Shown piece by piece: positions 12,606 through 25,631 of a stretch of DNA of 64,000 bases. The notes under the pieces were generated by a model that did not search any database, was not told where the DNA came from, and saw only the letters and a list, made by a program, of their open reading frames with translations. How positions within the stretch are numbered: position 1 is the stretch's first letter; each line of letters begins with the position of its first letter. Position numbers and translations under genes: made by a program. This DNA is from Octopus sinensis (Eukaryota). The stretch is taken from the NCBI RefSeq assembly GCF_006345805.1, contig NC_043005.1:96100001-96164000 (forward strand), in the 5' to 3' direction.

Positions 12606-14569
12606 TCAAAACACATGACCAAGTGTAGTATAATAGTTTCAACCACTGCTAAAACAAAAGATAGAATTATATAAATATTGCAGAATAAAAATTTTATCCT
12701 GCGTATTGCCTCAGAAGTGAACTAGTAATTGTATCCCAACACACACACACACAGAGCTTCTGTCATTGTCCTTTTCCTACATGTGTTTTCTACGTTATTT
12801 GTTTCTTGAATTTAAAGTATTTGCCTGTCTGATTTCGGTTTCAAATACTGCTCGCCGTTCTCAAAGCGATGAAAGATCTATTTCCTCAAAAGATCTCTAA
12901 AGTGGATCATGGCATTCAATTAATAGAAAACAACCCGACTTGTTTGTCTCGAGACACTGAAATTGATTTTTTTTCCCTTCTTCACTATTTTTTCTTTATA
13001 AATTAAATGTCAGGTGAAAATCATTAACGGTTAACTGAAAATGTTGACATTTTTATCGAGAATTTGTACTTTTACATTTTAGTAGAAAGCTATTGTTTAT
13101 ATATTTTCATAGATTTTTTTGGTTCATTCTCTTCTACCCCCTCCGCACAAAATATACGAAAAATTATATTCTTAAAATATAAAAAAAAATTAAGTTAATA
13201 ATAACCAGAATAAAAATTTTGAACATCCACTTTACATCATTTTGGTTCACGTGGTTAAGACAAGTGCTCAGAATGAGCAAATCCATTCTCTGATTGGAAA
13301 CAAAAGAGCAGTTTTAAAAGAAGATAGAAAGAGACAAAAAAAATAGGTGACCAATTTTGTTTTGAGAAAACTACAAAAGGAAGAGTAACCGACATGGTTG
13401 CCAAAGTAGTTGTATAAATCTGGTGGAAAACAGGATACGTGTGAAACGAATGAAAAGTCCTTTAGTTTCTTTATCCCATGTTGGCATATGTGAAATTTGC
13501 TACAGCTGCTCGCCAGCTAATTTTTCTGAGAATTCATCTGTGAGAAAGTAAGAAAACAAAGAATTGTGGTTTTCAATTGCCTCGATGAATTCAGGCGGAA
13601 ATAACTGGAAGACATTTCGAAATGCAAAGCCAAACAAAACTGAGATTGGTTGATGCTCAGAGAGAAATGAGTAGTGTAATGGATTATTATGTATGTTGGA
13701 TATAAAAATAGTGTGACGTTGATGGTTGAGGTAGAACAAAGAAAATATGGCAGATTAGAAAATGTTTAGCGTTGCAGGGAAAAGATGGTACAGGACCTAG
13801 GGAACCCCATAGAGACAGGTATCTGGCTCCTGCCAGTTCACAGATTGGTAGTAAAATTAATGATAAGGAAGAAAGTTTTATGGGTGTTGTGAACTTATTT
13901 TCCAATTTTTGTTATTCTTATTTAGGGTTATGTAACTCAGTATTTCTGATTGATTGTGTAATTTTATGCCTGCTTTCCATTCTAGCATAAGCTGGACAGG
14001 TTCTTGTTCAAATCGAGTTCTTATTCCGAGTGACAGTCATTTTAGGTTGAGGTTCTAAGTCCCTCATACATTTCTTTAGTTTCTTTACAGTGTGCTGGTT
14101 GCATATTTTAGTGTGGCACCAGCACTAGAGTTGTGAATGTGTCCTCTTAACCTGTAACTTGCCTCGGCTCATTTGCCAATCATTTTTACAGTATTTGTAT
14201 GTATGCATCTCTCTCTATATATACATGTCTCTAGATGGATGGCAAAATGAGATACCAGATTAAATATATATGAACACACACATACATATGAGTATGGATG
14301 GGAGCAAGGCTTGGCCATTGATAAAGTTCCCTTTATAGTTACATTACTTTCACTTTCATCCCCTTTGCTACAACAGGGTAGCCTAATTCACAGTTTGGTA
14401 AGCAAACCCTTGAGGGAGCCATTGCTTACATATGATGAGGGATTTCCTCAATCAGTTTCAATGATGAACATTCAGTATGTTAATCAACTGGATTACCTAG
14501 CTGCTAAGTTAACATAAAAGTGGTTCAGAATTTCACACACATATATATATATGTGTGTGTTTATGTGTG

Positions 14570-14790
14570 GAGGCACAATGGTCCAGTGGTTAAGGCAGCG
14601 GCCTCGCAGTCGTAGAATCACTGTTTCAATCCCCAGACCGGGCGTTGTGACTGTTTATTGAGCAAAAACACCTAAAAGCTCCACGAGGCTATGGCAGGGG
14701 GTGGTGGCAATCTCTGCTGTACTCTTTTTCCACAACTTTCTGTTACTCTTTCTTCTGTTGGGTGCTCGCTTAGCCAGAGGGGTAACGTCT
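14570..14790 (+). mobile_element. tRNA(Arg)-like SINE (octopus OR-type)
   Basis: GGCACAATGGTCCAGTGGTTAAGGCAGCGG.CTCGC...GTTTCAATCCC tRNA-like head with A and B boxes followed by a non-tRNA body. Confidence 0.6.
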
Positions 14791-14814
14791 ATATGTATAT
14801 ATAAACAATGCAAA

Positions 14815-14853
<39 letters not shown>

Positions 14854-14880
14854 TATATTTATATCTATATATATATATCT

Positions 14881-16548
14881 GTAAAGAAAGAGCCGACAAA
14901 GAAGCCTGGGCTATAGACAACATAAAATCTAACCCCAGAGCTTTCTACAGGTATATCAAAGAAACAGCTACGGTGCACTGTAGGATAGGGCCACTCCTTG
15001 AAAAGGATGGCACACTCACAGGAAATCCAATGAGGATATGAGCAATTCAAGAGTATTTTCACTCCACCCCCTAGGGCATTTTCAAGTCAGCAATCCAACT
15101 GACTTCTTTACCACTGCAGATATAAAATCAGAGGCAGTGATGATTGATTACATCAATATAAAGGAAGACGATGTAATAAAGGCTATAGATGAAATGAAAA
15201 CAGACTCAGCTACTGGCCCCGATGGATTCCCAGCAATCCTTCTAAAAGTATGTAAGAGAGTCCTAGCAAGACCACTGCAGTTCCTCTTTCAGAACTTCCT
15301 TGCAACTGGCAAACTTCCAAGAAAACTGAAGGAAGGTAAAATATGCCCTATTCATAAAGGAGGTAGCAGAGCGGAGGCCAAGAACTACAGACCTATGGCT
15401 TCATGACTTTCTGAAGGATAGAAGCCAGGTGGTAGTAGCCAATGGGGCCACCTCCAATAACACGCAAATAGTGAGCGGTGTTCCGCAAGGCACTGTTTTG
15501 GGACCACTACTGTTCATAATGGCATGCCCTCAGCCACGCAGAGAGCCACAATCACAGGTTATGCAGATGATACAAAAGTTTCACAGGCAATACAGAACCC
15601 TGAGGACACTAAACACCTGCAATGTGAGCTAGACAAAATATACAAGTGGGCCGAAAAGAATAGCATGCAGTTCAATGCTGAAAAGTTTCAAGCTCTATAC
15701 TATCAGCATGCAAAACTGAATGCAATACCCAATGAATACACTGGACCCGGAGGAATAGCAATCCCAGAGGCACAATCAGTGCGTGACCTAGGTATTCACA
15801 TGAGTGATGACGCGACCTTTCGTGTACATGTTGCTACATTGGCAATGAAATGTAGACGACTGGCCGGATGGATCCTCAGAACCTTTAGAACAAGAGAACA
15901 AGAAACCATGATGGTCCTCTGGAGGACACTTGTCCTAAGCCACTTTGACTACTGCTCTCAGTTATGGTCACCATCCAGTGTCAAGTTGATCACAGAGCTT
16001 GAGGCGATCCAACGTAGCTACACGAAGAAGATAGCCTCTATGCAGAATGTAAGCTACTGGAAGAAAAGAGAAGAGATTAGAACTATATTCCCTGGAGCGT
16101 AGGCGGGAAAGATATGCCATAATATACATCTGGAAGTTTCTGAGGGACGTGTCCTGACTTGGCATCGAGAGTTACGCAAATGCCAGAACTGGGTGCCACT
16201 GCATGGTGCCTAGGACTCCAAACTTGCCATCAAGATGTAGGACAAGATTCTGTGATAGCCTGGGCTTCCGAGGCCCACAGCTCTTCAATATCCTCCCGAA
16301 GAACCTGAGAGACCTGCATGGGGTGGATGCAGATGTCTTTAAAATGAAGCTGGATCTCTTCCTGTCAGGTGTCCCAGATGAACCAACTTCACGGCAGGAG
16401 GGGCAGATGAGGGCAGCTGCATCGAACTCTCTCATGCACCAAATGGCAGTTGCTAGAAAGCTTGCGTGAAGTGAAACCAAGTAGCAACACCAAATGGCGG
16501 TGCCCCAGATTGGCCAAAGCTCATAAGCTGAAACTAGAATCAATCAAT
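14881..16548 (+). mobile_element. CR1-clade LINE, 5'-truncated with an internal deletion and frameshifts
   Basis: SATGPDGFPAILLK, KNYRP, SGVPQGTVLGPLLF, GYADDTK, RDLG, DYCSQLWSP and YSLERRRERY motifs across ORFs 15038-16469; (ATCA)n tail. Confidence 0.92.
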
Positions 16549-16656
16549 CATATGTATGTATATATATATATGTTGTGCTATACATATATATATACATATA
16601 TTATATACATATATATATACATATATATATATAATATATATATAATATATATAAAT

Positions 16657-16692
<36 letters not shown>

Positions 16693-16749
16693 CATACATT
16701 ATATATCATACAATATATATATTAACATATATATATACATATATATACA

Positions 16750-16801
<52 letters not shown>

Positions 16802-16807
16802 ATACAT
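16549..16807. repeat. (TA)n microsatellite
   Basis: Directly visible. Confidence 0.95.
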
Positions 16808-16907
16808 NNNNNNNNNNNNNNNNNNNNNNNNNNNNNNNNNNNNNNNNNNNNNNNNNNNNNNNNNNNNNNNNNNNNNNNNNNNNNNNNNNNNNNNNNNNNN
16901 NNNNNNN
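16808..16907. other. assembly gap (100 N)
   Basis: Run of exactly 100 n, a placeholder size; the true length is unknown. Confidence 0.99.
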
Positions 16908-17359
16908 ATAGTTAGTAGTTTAAAACTGAGTAGTGAAATGCAGAATTAGGTCGGCTGATCGATCTGCATTTTGTATGGTTTATTTCCCTTGGGTTGCTTA
17001 AATAAAATATTAGTAACATGTAGTAGATAGAAGGATCCATTGCAAGGGCCCTATTATCGATTGTTTTTAAAGATCTAAGTATGCCACGAGGTTTCTAGAC
17101 ATGAGTTCTACTCAAGTGTCAAGTTTCATCAAAATCAATAAAATGATGTAGGTGTTAGCTAACAAAACCACAAACACACACAGATTTTCCACATATTGAA
17201 TTAAGACTTTAGCTCTTATTTCTAGCATGTGTATGCTTTTAAGCATCTTTACGCTTCATTCAAATTTGTAATTATATATATATAATGTGTGTGTGTGTGT
17301 AGATATATGTATCTATATGTAGATATACATATACGTATGTATATGTACGTATATAACAA

Positions 17360-18008
17360 AGATCAGTGTCTACAGGGCCAGGGTTCTCACCACTCTTCTC
17401 TGTGGTTCAGAGACCTGGATCACTTACCGCAGTCACATCCGTCTCCTAGAGTGCTTCCACCAGCAATGTCTTTGCACCATCCTCAACATTCACTGGAGTG
17501 ACTTCAACACAAACATTGGAGTCTTGGAGTGGGCCGAGATCCCCAGCATTGAAGCCACGCTACTGAAGTACCACCTCCGATGGGCAGGGCATGTCTCCAG
17601 AATGGAGAACCATCGCCTTCCTAAGATTGCCCTGTTTGGCGAACTCTCCACTGGCCACCGTGTGAAAGGAGCTCCGAGGGAGTGCTACAAAGACTGCCTC
17701 AAGAAGTCTCTAACAGCATGTCAAATTAACCATCAGTGTTGGCCAGACCTGGCTGCTGACCGTGATGTCTGGCACCACACGATCTTCAACGCAGTCAGCA
17801 AGTTTGAGGAACAAAGAAGAGATGCACTTAAAGACAAGAGACGCAGGAGGAAGGCGCGAGCTGCCTCTGACGCCACACCGGATGTTACCTTTGTCTGTGG
17901 ACACTGCTCACGGACCTGCCTTTCACATATCGGACTTGTCAGTCAGGAGCGTGCATGCACATGACGTGGACAGCCTTCCTGATCTTCGTTCGCGAAGCCA
18001 AGCCATGA
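17360..18008 (+). mobile_element. RTE-clade LINE 3' fragment (BovB/AviRTE-like)
   Basis: LRWAGHVSRMENHRLPKIALFGEL and C-terminal [16 protein letters not shown]; 3'UTR TCTTCGTTCGCGAAGCCAAGCCATGA. Confidence 0.9.
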
Positions 18009-18174
18009 TATATATATATGTACATATATATATATATATATCATATGTACATATGCATATATATATATATATATATATATGCATATATGTATATATACGT
18101 ATGTCTATATATGTAAATGTCTACATATTTATATGTATGCTATATGTGTGTGTATATATATATGTATATATATA

Positions 18175-18209
<35 letters not shown>

Positions 18210-18375
18210 GAGTGGCTGTGTGGTAAGTAGCGTGTTTACCAACCACATGGTTCCGGGTTCAGTCCCATTGCATGGCACCTTGGGCAAGTGTCTTCTACTA
18301 TAGCCTCGGGCCGACCAAAGCCCTGTGAGTGGATTTGGTAGACGGAAACTGAAAGAAGCCCATCGTATATATGTG

Positions 18376-18435
<60 letters not shown>

Positions 18436-18647
18436 TGTGTGTGTTTGTGTGTCTATGTTTGTCCCCCTAGCATTGCTTGACAACCGATGCTGGTGTGTTT
18501 ATGTCCCCTTTACTTAGCGGTTCGGCAAAAGAGACCGATAGAATAAGTACTGGGCTTACAAAAGAATAAGTCCCTGGGTTCAAGTTGCTCAATTAAAGGT
18601 GGTGCTCCAGCCTGGCCACAGTCAAATGACTGAAACAAGTAAAAGAG
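18210..18647 (+). mobile_element. tRNA-derived SINE family B (CORE-like GGCACCTTGGGCAAGTGTCTT, internal TA/TG microsatellite)
   Basis: A-box GTGGCTGTGTGGTAAG and B-box GGTTCAGTCCC; near-identical copy at 61344-61710 and fragments at ~3798-3905 and ~7985-8095. Confidence 0.85.
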
Positions 18648-20070
18648 TATATATATATATGTAGAGTTAATCCATACATGAAAACAGAACAACGCGAGGA
18701 CGTGGAACAAATATAGGAAGGAAGGAAGGAAAGAAGGAGGATTTAACATTTCGAGCTGAGCTCTTCGTCCGAAACATAGGAAAAGGAAAGATCCAGAGAA
18801 GGGAAGACGTATATATATATATATATTTGTATATATATATATGTGTGTATTTGTATATATGTTTATGTATGTATATATATATATAGAAATAAAAACTTAC
18901 TTTGAGAAGAGAAACGATGCGTGCGTTTGGTCATATAATAACAATATAATAAATAAATAAAATATATGCATATATATATATATGAGTACAGGACACCACA
19001 AATAAACGTAGAACACAACGAGAAACGAAAACATAAAATCAAACAAGGAAACAGACTTTTTTTAACAACGAAAAAACAGAGTACAGGACAAACAATACAA
19101 CGAAAATTCCCCTTCATCAGCTGCCCCTGGTTCAACTCAATGCGTATTTCGAAATATATATATATCTCTATGTATATAGATATATGCATGTGTGTATATA
19201 TCTATATCTATATATATATATATATATTATATATATATATATATATATATGCGTGTGTGTGTTTGTGTGTCTATGTTTGTCCCCCTAGCATTGCTTGACA
19301 ACCGATGCTGGTGTGTTTATGTCCCCTTTACTTAGCGGTTCGGCAAAAGAGACCGATAGAATAAGTACTGGGCTTACAAAAGAATAAGTCCCTGGGTTCA
19401 AGTTGCTCAATTAAAGGTGGTGCTCCAGCCTGGCCACAGTCAAATGACTGAAACAAGTAAAAGAGTATATATATATATGTAGAGTTAATCCATACATGAA
19501 AACAGAACAACGCGAGGACGTGGAACAAATATAGGAAGGAAGGAAGGAAGAAAGAAGGAGGATTAACATTTCGAGCTGAGCTCTTCGTCCGAAACATAGG
19601 AAAAGGAAAGATCCAGAGAAGGGAAGACGTATATATATATATATATATTTGTATATATATATATGTGTGTATTTGTATATATGTTTATGTATGTATATAT
19701 ATATATAGAAATAAAAACTTACTTTGAGAAGAGAAACGATGCGTGCGTTTGGTCATATAATAACAATATAATAAATAAATAAAATATATGCATATATATA
19801 TATATGAGTACAGGACACCACAAATAAACGTAGAACACAACGAGAAACGAAAACATAAAATCAAACAAGGAAACAGACTTTTTTAACAACGAAAAAACAG
19901 AGTACAGGACAAACAATACAACGAAAATTCCCCTTCATCAGCTGCCCCTGGTTCAACTCAATGCGTATTTCGAAATATATATATATCTCTATGTATATAG
20001 ATATATGCATGTGTGTATATATCTATATCTATATATATATATATATATTATATATATTATATATATATAT
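18431..20070. repeat. near-perfect tandem duplication, period ~818 bp (18431-19248 and 19249-~20070)
   Basis: Both units contain the SINE B 3' half and Penelope-like fragments; they differ mainly by homopolymer and microsatellite indels. Confidence 0.9.
18741..18775 (-). ncRNA. degenerate minimal hammerhead-ribozyme motif in a Penelope-like fragment (second copy 19561-19595)
   Basis: Minus strand GUUU-CGGACGA-A-GAGC-UCA-GCUC-GAAAUGUU-AAAU: type I minimal hammerhead layout with core changes (U4G and a C>U in stem III). Confidence 0.5.
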
Positions 20071-20084
20071 ATGTGTGTGTTTGT

Positions 20085-20515
20085 CATCATTATCATTGTT
20101 TAACGTCTGCTTTTCATGCTAGCATGCGTTGGACGATTTGACTGAGGTCTGGCGAACCAGATGGCTGCACCAGACTCCAATCTGATCCGGCAGAGTTTCT
20201 ACAGCTGGATGCCCTTCCTAACGCCAACCACTCCAAGAGTGTAGTGGGTGCTTTTACGTACCACCGGCACGAGGGCCAATTCGGTGCCACCTGCACAGGA
20301 GCCAGTCCAGCGGCACTGGCAATGACCTCACTTGAATGTTTTTTCTTTGTTTCAGGTGCCACCAGTACAAGTGCTACTAAGGCGACGCATGTGGTGATCA
20401 TGCTCGAATGGTGCTTTTAACGTGCCATCGGCACAGAGTCCAGCTTGTTGCTCCATGGTTCTCTTAGCGCTCCACTAGCAATGGATGCCAGTACTGAGTT
20501 TGATTTCGATTTCAC
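20085..20515 (-). mobile_element. SINE-like family C (GGAAGGGCATCCAGCTGTAGAAAC ... GACGTTAAA-(TGA)n tail)
   Basis: Matching copies at 27544-27730 (-), 30932-31288 (-), 44930-45142 (+) and 62470-62796 (+); internal repeats of GCTTTTACGTGCCACCGGCA. Confidence 0.8.
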
Positions 20516-20536
20516 TATATGTATCTATATATACAC

Positions 20537-20569
<33 letters not shown>

Positions 20570-20817
20570 CGTGTATATATATCTGTATGTATATAAATAT
20601 GTGTATATGTATATATATCTATATATATATGTGTGTATGAATATATATATATCTGTATATATGTGTATATGTATGTATATATCTATCTATATATATATAT
20701 ATATATGTGTGTGTGTATATGTATGTTTATTTGTATATATGTATGTATGTTTATATATGTATATTTGTATATATGTATGTGTGTTTATATATGTATATTT
20801 GTATGTATGTATATGTT

Positions 20818-20852
<35 letters not shown>

Positions 20853-20940
20853 TGTACATTAAAATTTATCCCTAATTAGTGGTTTGAATTTGTAACTGTT
20901 CTTTCTAGCGCAAGGCTTTCCTATGATGGAATCCTCTTAA

Positions 20941-22008
20941 CCCTTTCGTTACCAAGCCGCCCGAAAAAAATTTTGGTTAATGTGACCAAGCCGCCCAAAC
21001 CAGCCCGTATTTACCTATTCATATTTAAATGAGAATATCAGAGCAAATCTCTTTAGTACATTCGTGAAAACAAGTGATTATACTTCGTAAACAGTTCATC
21101 TACAGTTTTGTACAACGATCGAAGTGTAATTTTAATTCCGTGAATTTTGGGAGATTTTTTTCCGAAATTTGTTCCTATTGTGTTTTCAAAATTTGTAATT
21201 CTGACAAAAAATGGATACAAATTTCATTATATCAAGCAGCGAGTCAGAATTCGAAGGATTTTCTACTGAAGACCTTCATAAATCTAACTCTATGACTGAA
21301 AAAAAAAAGCACGTGGTATTTGATAATGAATCTGATGTTTCATTTTCCGAAAGTGAAAACAGTGAATCCGAGAGCTCCGGCAGCGATAAAGAAAATGAAT
21401 TGGCACCTGAATGGAGTGAAAATTTAAAAACTGTTTCTTTCGGTGATTTTTCTGAAGAAACTGGACCAAGCCACAGACTTTCCCAGAAGAGTAAAGCCTT
21501 AGACTATTTCTTTTTACTTTCTCGAATGAGCCTATTTGAAATCATTACAGCGGAAACGAACCGTTACGCTAAATGTAAACAAAACGAAAGAAAGTGGTTT
21601 CCCATAACCTTAAATGAAATTAAGACTATTTTGCCATAAATATTATTATAGGTATCAGAAAGTTACCCAGAATAACAAATTCTATCGTAAAATTTTGTTG
21701 TATACCCAATTGAATATTAGCTAATAACCCATTTTCTATAGCGATGTTTGAACAAAATTTTAATAATTTTACATATTGTTGAATTTACCTGTATCTACCT
21801 GCAATTAGAGTCACTTAGTGACAAAAATTATAGTATAGAATTGGTTGAGAACATTTCATAAAATTATCTTCCAAAATTCACGTTAATATATTGATAAATA
21901 AAAAAGTTATAGTTGTTTAATGAAACCAGACTAAATTTATGATTACGTTAGAAATTAATTGAAACACATAAGGGGTGTATTTTGGTCAGAAATATAGTAA
22001 CGAAAGGG
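20941..22008 (+). mobile_element. internally deleted piggyBac element, copy 1
   Basis: TTAA TSDs (20937-40, 22009-12); 12-bp TIR CCCTTTCGTTAC; ORF 21211-21639 is a piggyBac transposase N-terminus (ALDYFFLL..FEIITAETNRYA..W...LNEIK) with no catalytic DDD region. Confidence 0.92.
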
Positions 22009-22679
22009 TTAATGATACAGTTCAGTACATTAGAGTTTTTCTCCTTCTTTTTCAACAACTCTGTAACACAATTCACAATGTTCTTTATAATCTCATTTCT
22101 TTTTCTCTTTAGCACTGTTCTTTCTTTTTCCTCTTTCCTTCTTTCTCTTTTGTTTTTTTTAACACATCAAAATACAACAAAAGACACAAAGAAAACTTTA
22201 CTGAACATTCTTTCCAGTCTGCAACAATTTCAGAAACTACTACCGCAATCGCCATGCCCTCTCGCCGCAATCTCTCCCAGTTCCTTCTCAGCTCCTTAAT
22301 CTTCTCTGCCTGTCCTCTTTGACGTTCACTGTCACCACAGAAACCACCTGTCACTAACTCGCTCTGTCCCCAACTGACTAACAGACTCACATCTCCTGCT
22401 TTTTAAAGGGGTGCTTCCTCGAACTTTCTTTAACCTGAAAAGGGTCGAAGGTCACCCCCAAAAGCCGTCACTCTCTCCAGAATCTGACAGGACAAAGGAT
22501 TTACTCACAAAAAGTCGGTCGCAAGCACTGTCCCTGAATTGACCTACTCATAACAATATATAGTCTAATGACTAAATTTTTTTGCGCTAGGCCACTGGTA
22601 ATAAAAAAATTTCTATAATTCTTATTACCCTTAATATTATTTATTATGTTTAAATGATTTTTGATAAATTTGTTCGCGG

Positions 22680-23524
22680 TTTTACCAGCATCCCCTCTTT
22701 TGCTGGAAATAAACTGCGTCTGCACAGTTGATTTGAAAAGTACTGGAGAAGTTTGGAAGGGGTCCTTTCTGCAGTATGGACACATATTTATTTGGGTTTA
22801 TCTTTCTCTCACACTCCACCAGCTCTGATCAACCATTGCTCCAAATTGTTCCCCAGACCATCACTGAATAGCTGCTGTTTCATTGTTGGTTGCAAACTTT
22901 TCACATCAAATTCTTGATCAGAGTCTCCAGACCCACACACAACCACTGTTAGGAAATACAGCAAATCATGGACTCATCAGAGAACATGACAGTGTCCCAA
23001 AATGCTAATGGCTTCTCTACCATCTCACTGGCCCAATCTTTTCTCTGCTTCATATTGGCTGGTCAAAGATGTGGTTTCCTTCTTCCTGCTCTGCCATAGT
23101 AACCAAGTTTTTGGAGATATCTGACATCAACTTGCTCTGCAATGTCAGAGGTCTTGCAACGAGGATTATCATTCACACTTCTCTTAGCAAAGAGAAGGGT
23201 CCTGTCAGGGCCCTGGTTGATCTGGACAAAGTGATGTGGACTCCTTCTCCTCTCTGGTGAATTGCACAATCATTCTATTAACTGTAGAAAGCAGGATCCC
23301 ATGGTTTTCTGCAATTTTACACTGACTATATCCAACTTCAGAATGACCCACAATGTGGCGTCTTTGAAATTCAGACAGTTCCAAGGCTTCTTTTGTACAT
23401 GGCATGATTAAACAGTCACATATAGAATCTTAAACATAAAAATGTCAATTAATACAAAATATAAACGTTTACAAGTTAGAATAAACAGAAAACTATGTTT
23501 TATAGGGTGTCTATTGACTTCTAA

Positions 23525-23527
<3 letters not shown>
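22680..23527 (-). mobile_element. Tc1-like transposon relic
   Basis: [12 protein letters not shown]...IAEN.GI.LSTVNR (paired-like HTH), LGYYGRAGRRKP and FWDTVMFSDES; many frameshifts. Confidence 0.8.
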
Positions 23528-23569
<42 letters not shown>

Positions 23570-24627
23570 GCGAGATGGTGTGGTGGTGGTTGCTATGGCA
23601 TTTGAGGTAGACAAAAGCAGTATTTAAAACACTTGATGTGTGTGTGTGTGTGTATTTACGTATGTGTATATATATATATATGTGTGTGTGTATATGTGTA
23701 TGTGTGTGTGTATATGTATGTGTATGTATATATGTGTGTATATATGTATATCTATGTATGTATGTGTGTGTATATATATATCTATGTATGTGTATGTATA
23801 TATTTATGTGTGTGTATATATATATATATATCTGTATGTATGTGTATGTATGTATGTATGTGTATGTATATATGTATGTGTGTGTATATATATATATCTG
23901 TATGTATGTGTGTGTATATATGTATGTGTGTATATATATATATATGTATGTATGTGTGTGTGTATATATATATGTATGTATGTGTGTGTATATATATATG
24001 TATGTATGTGTGTGTATATATATATATATGTATGTATGTATGTGTGTGTATATATGTATGTGTGTGTATATATATATGTATGTGTGTGTATATATGTATG
24101 TATGTGTGTGTATATATGTATGTATGTATGTGTGTGTATATATATATGTATGTATGTGTGTGTATATATATATGTATGTATGTGTGTGTGTATATATATA
24201 TGTATGTATGTGTGTGTATATATATATATGTATGTATGTGTGTGTATATATATATGTATGTATGTGTGTGTATATATATATGTATGTATGTGTGTGTGTA
24301 TATATGTATGTGTGTGTATATATATGTATGTATGTGTGTGTATATATATGTATGTATGTGTGTGTGTATATATATGTATGTATGTGTGTGTATATATATG
24401 TATGTATGTGTGTGTATATATATGTATGTATGTGTGTGTATATATATGTATGTATGTGTGTGTATATATATATATGTATGTGTGTGTATATATGTATGTG
24501 TATATATATATATATCTGTACATATATGTATGTGTATGTATATATGTATGTGTATTTATATATCTGTACATATATGTATGTGTATGTATGTATGTATGTA
24601 TATATATATATATCTGTACATATATTT
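23525..24627. repeat. compound (TG)n(TA)n(TATG)n array
   Basis: Directly visible; source of the spurious 250-390 aa YIHT/CVY ORFs. Confidence 0.95.
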
Positions 24628-25631
24628 ATGGCACAACGTTGCTTAGGACAATGAGGGTTCCAGTTGCTCCAGTCTTGCAAAGAAATATGACTGGTTGCCT
24701 TTTCAACACTTAAAACCCTTTGTACCTCATTTCACTTTTTCAAGTCTGTTATTGCATTACTACACATTCAATCTGCCAATAGAGTGAAGGATACCATATA
24801 TATAGTGTAGCTTGACTGCTTATCTTTTGTCTTCTGTAAGAACATTTTAATAAACTACAACAGAAATCCTCTAAATTTTAATTTTTTAAAAAGTAATTTT
24901 GCTTTTATCAGTGATTGACCATTATCAGTGGCACAATCACAATAGCAGTCCATAGGTATTATGCAATGCTAGCTTTGGTCACTAGCTAAACAAACTTTAG
25001 TCTTAACCATGTGAGATCCCTTGTCCTAGTTTTGATTTAAACTCCAGGGAAGCTTATTTTGTAACAAGGCTTCTGATCATCTACATAAGTATATAATATT
25101 TGTGGACTTAGCTCAGGGGTCCACAAATTGAACATTTTAATGTGAGAAAAGGCAGCAGAACTTTTACTGTTTTGAATAGATTTTTATTTTTTAATTTTAG
25201 TTATGATCATTGACCTCTCTTATGAGCCATTGTATGCTTATTACTTACTGCCATACATCATTTGATGCTTACTAAACTGCTATTTCTGTTTTATGAAATT
25301 GTTGAACATAGATTATAAAACATGTTTCCATGGAAATCCTCTTTGGTAAAATAAGAACCTACTATCCAGTACCACTTAGGAAGTGAAACTGAATTTGTGT
25401 ATAAAGCTTTTGATTTGTTTAACCAGTAATATTGATTTACCTGTTTCGTGATGTTAAATGACACTTATCGCTAAAGCTTTTAACTCGCATGTATTGTTTT
25501 CTTTCTTTATATGCTAAATATGGCTGCATAACCCAGGGTAGTTTTAGTTTAGTCCAGTATCTTTTCAGTTTTAACTACTAAGGATTGATTTTAATCTAGT
25601 CTTATATTAAAACTGCAACTAATATAGTTCA

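Noticed and set aside
14570-14645. Possible tRNA-Arg gene
   Set aside because: Stems are degenerate and it runs into a SINE body; treated as a SINE head. The same applies to the other A/B-box hits.
16908-17206. Possible Helitron 5' fragment after the gap
   Set aside because: Only weak resemblance (CAAGTTTCATCAAAATC...ACACACAG), and the diagnostic 3' end is missing or in the gap.
21982-22540. ORFs 21982-22299 (+) and 22109-22390 (-)
   Set aside because: No recognisable homology and no splice context fitting YTHDC1; likely a repeat remnant or low-complexity sequence.
23511-24713. 255-389 aa ORFs on both strands
   Set aside because: Compound TG/TA microsatellite; low-complexity artefact.
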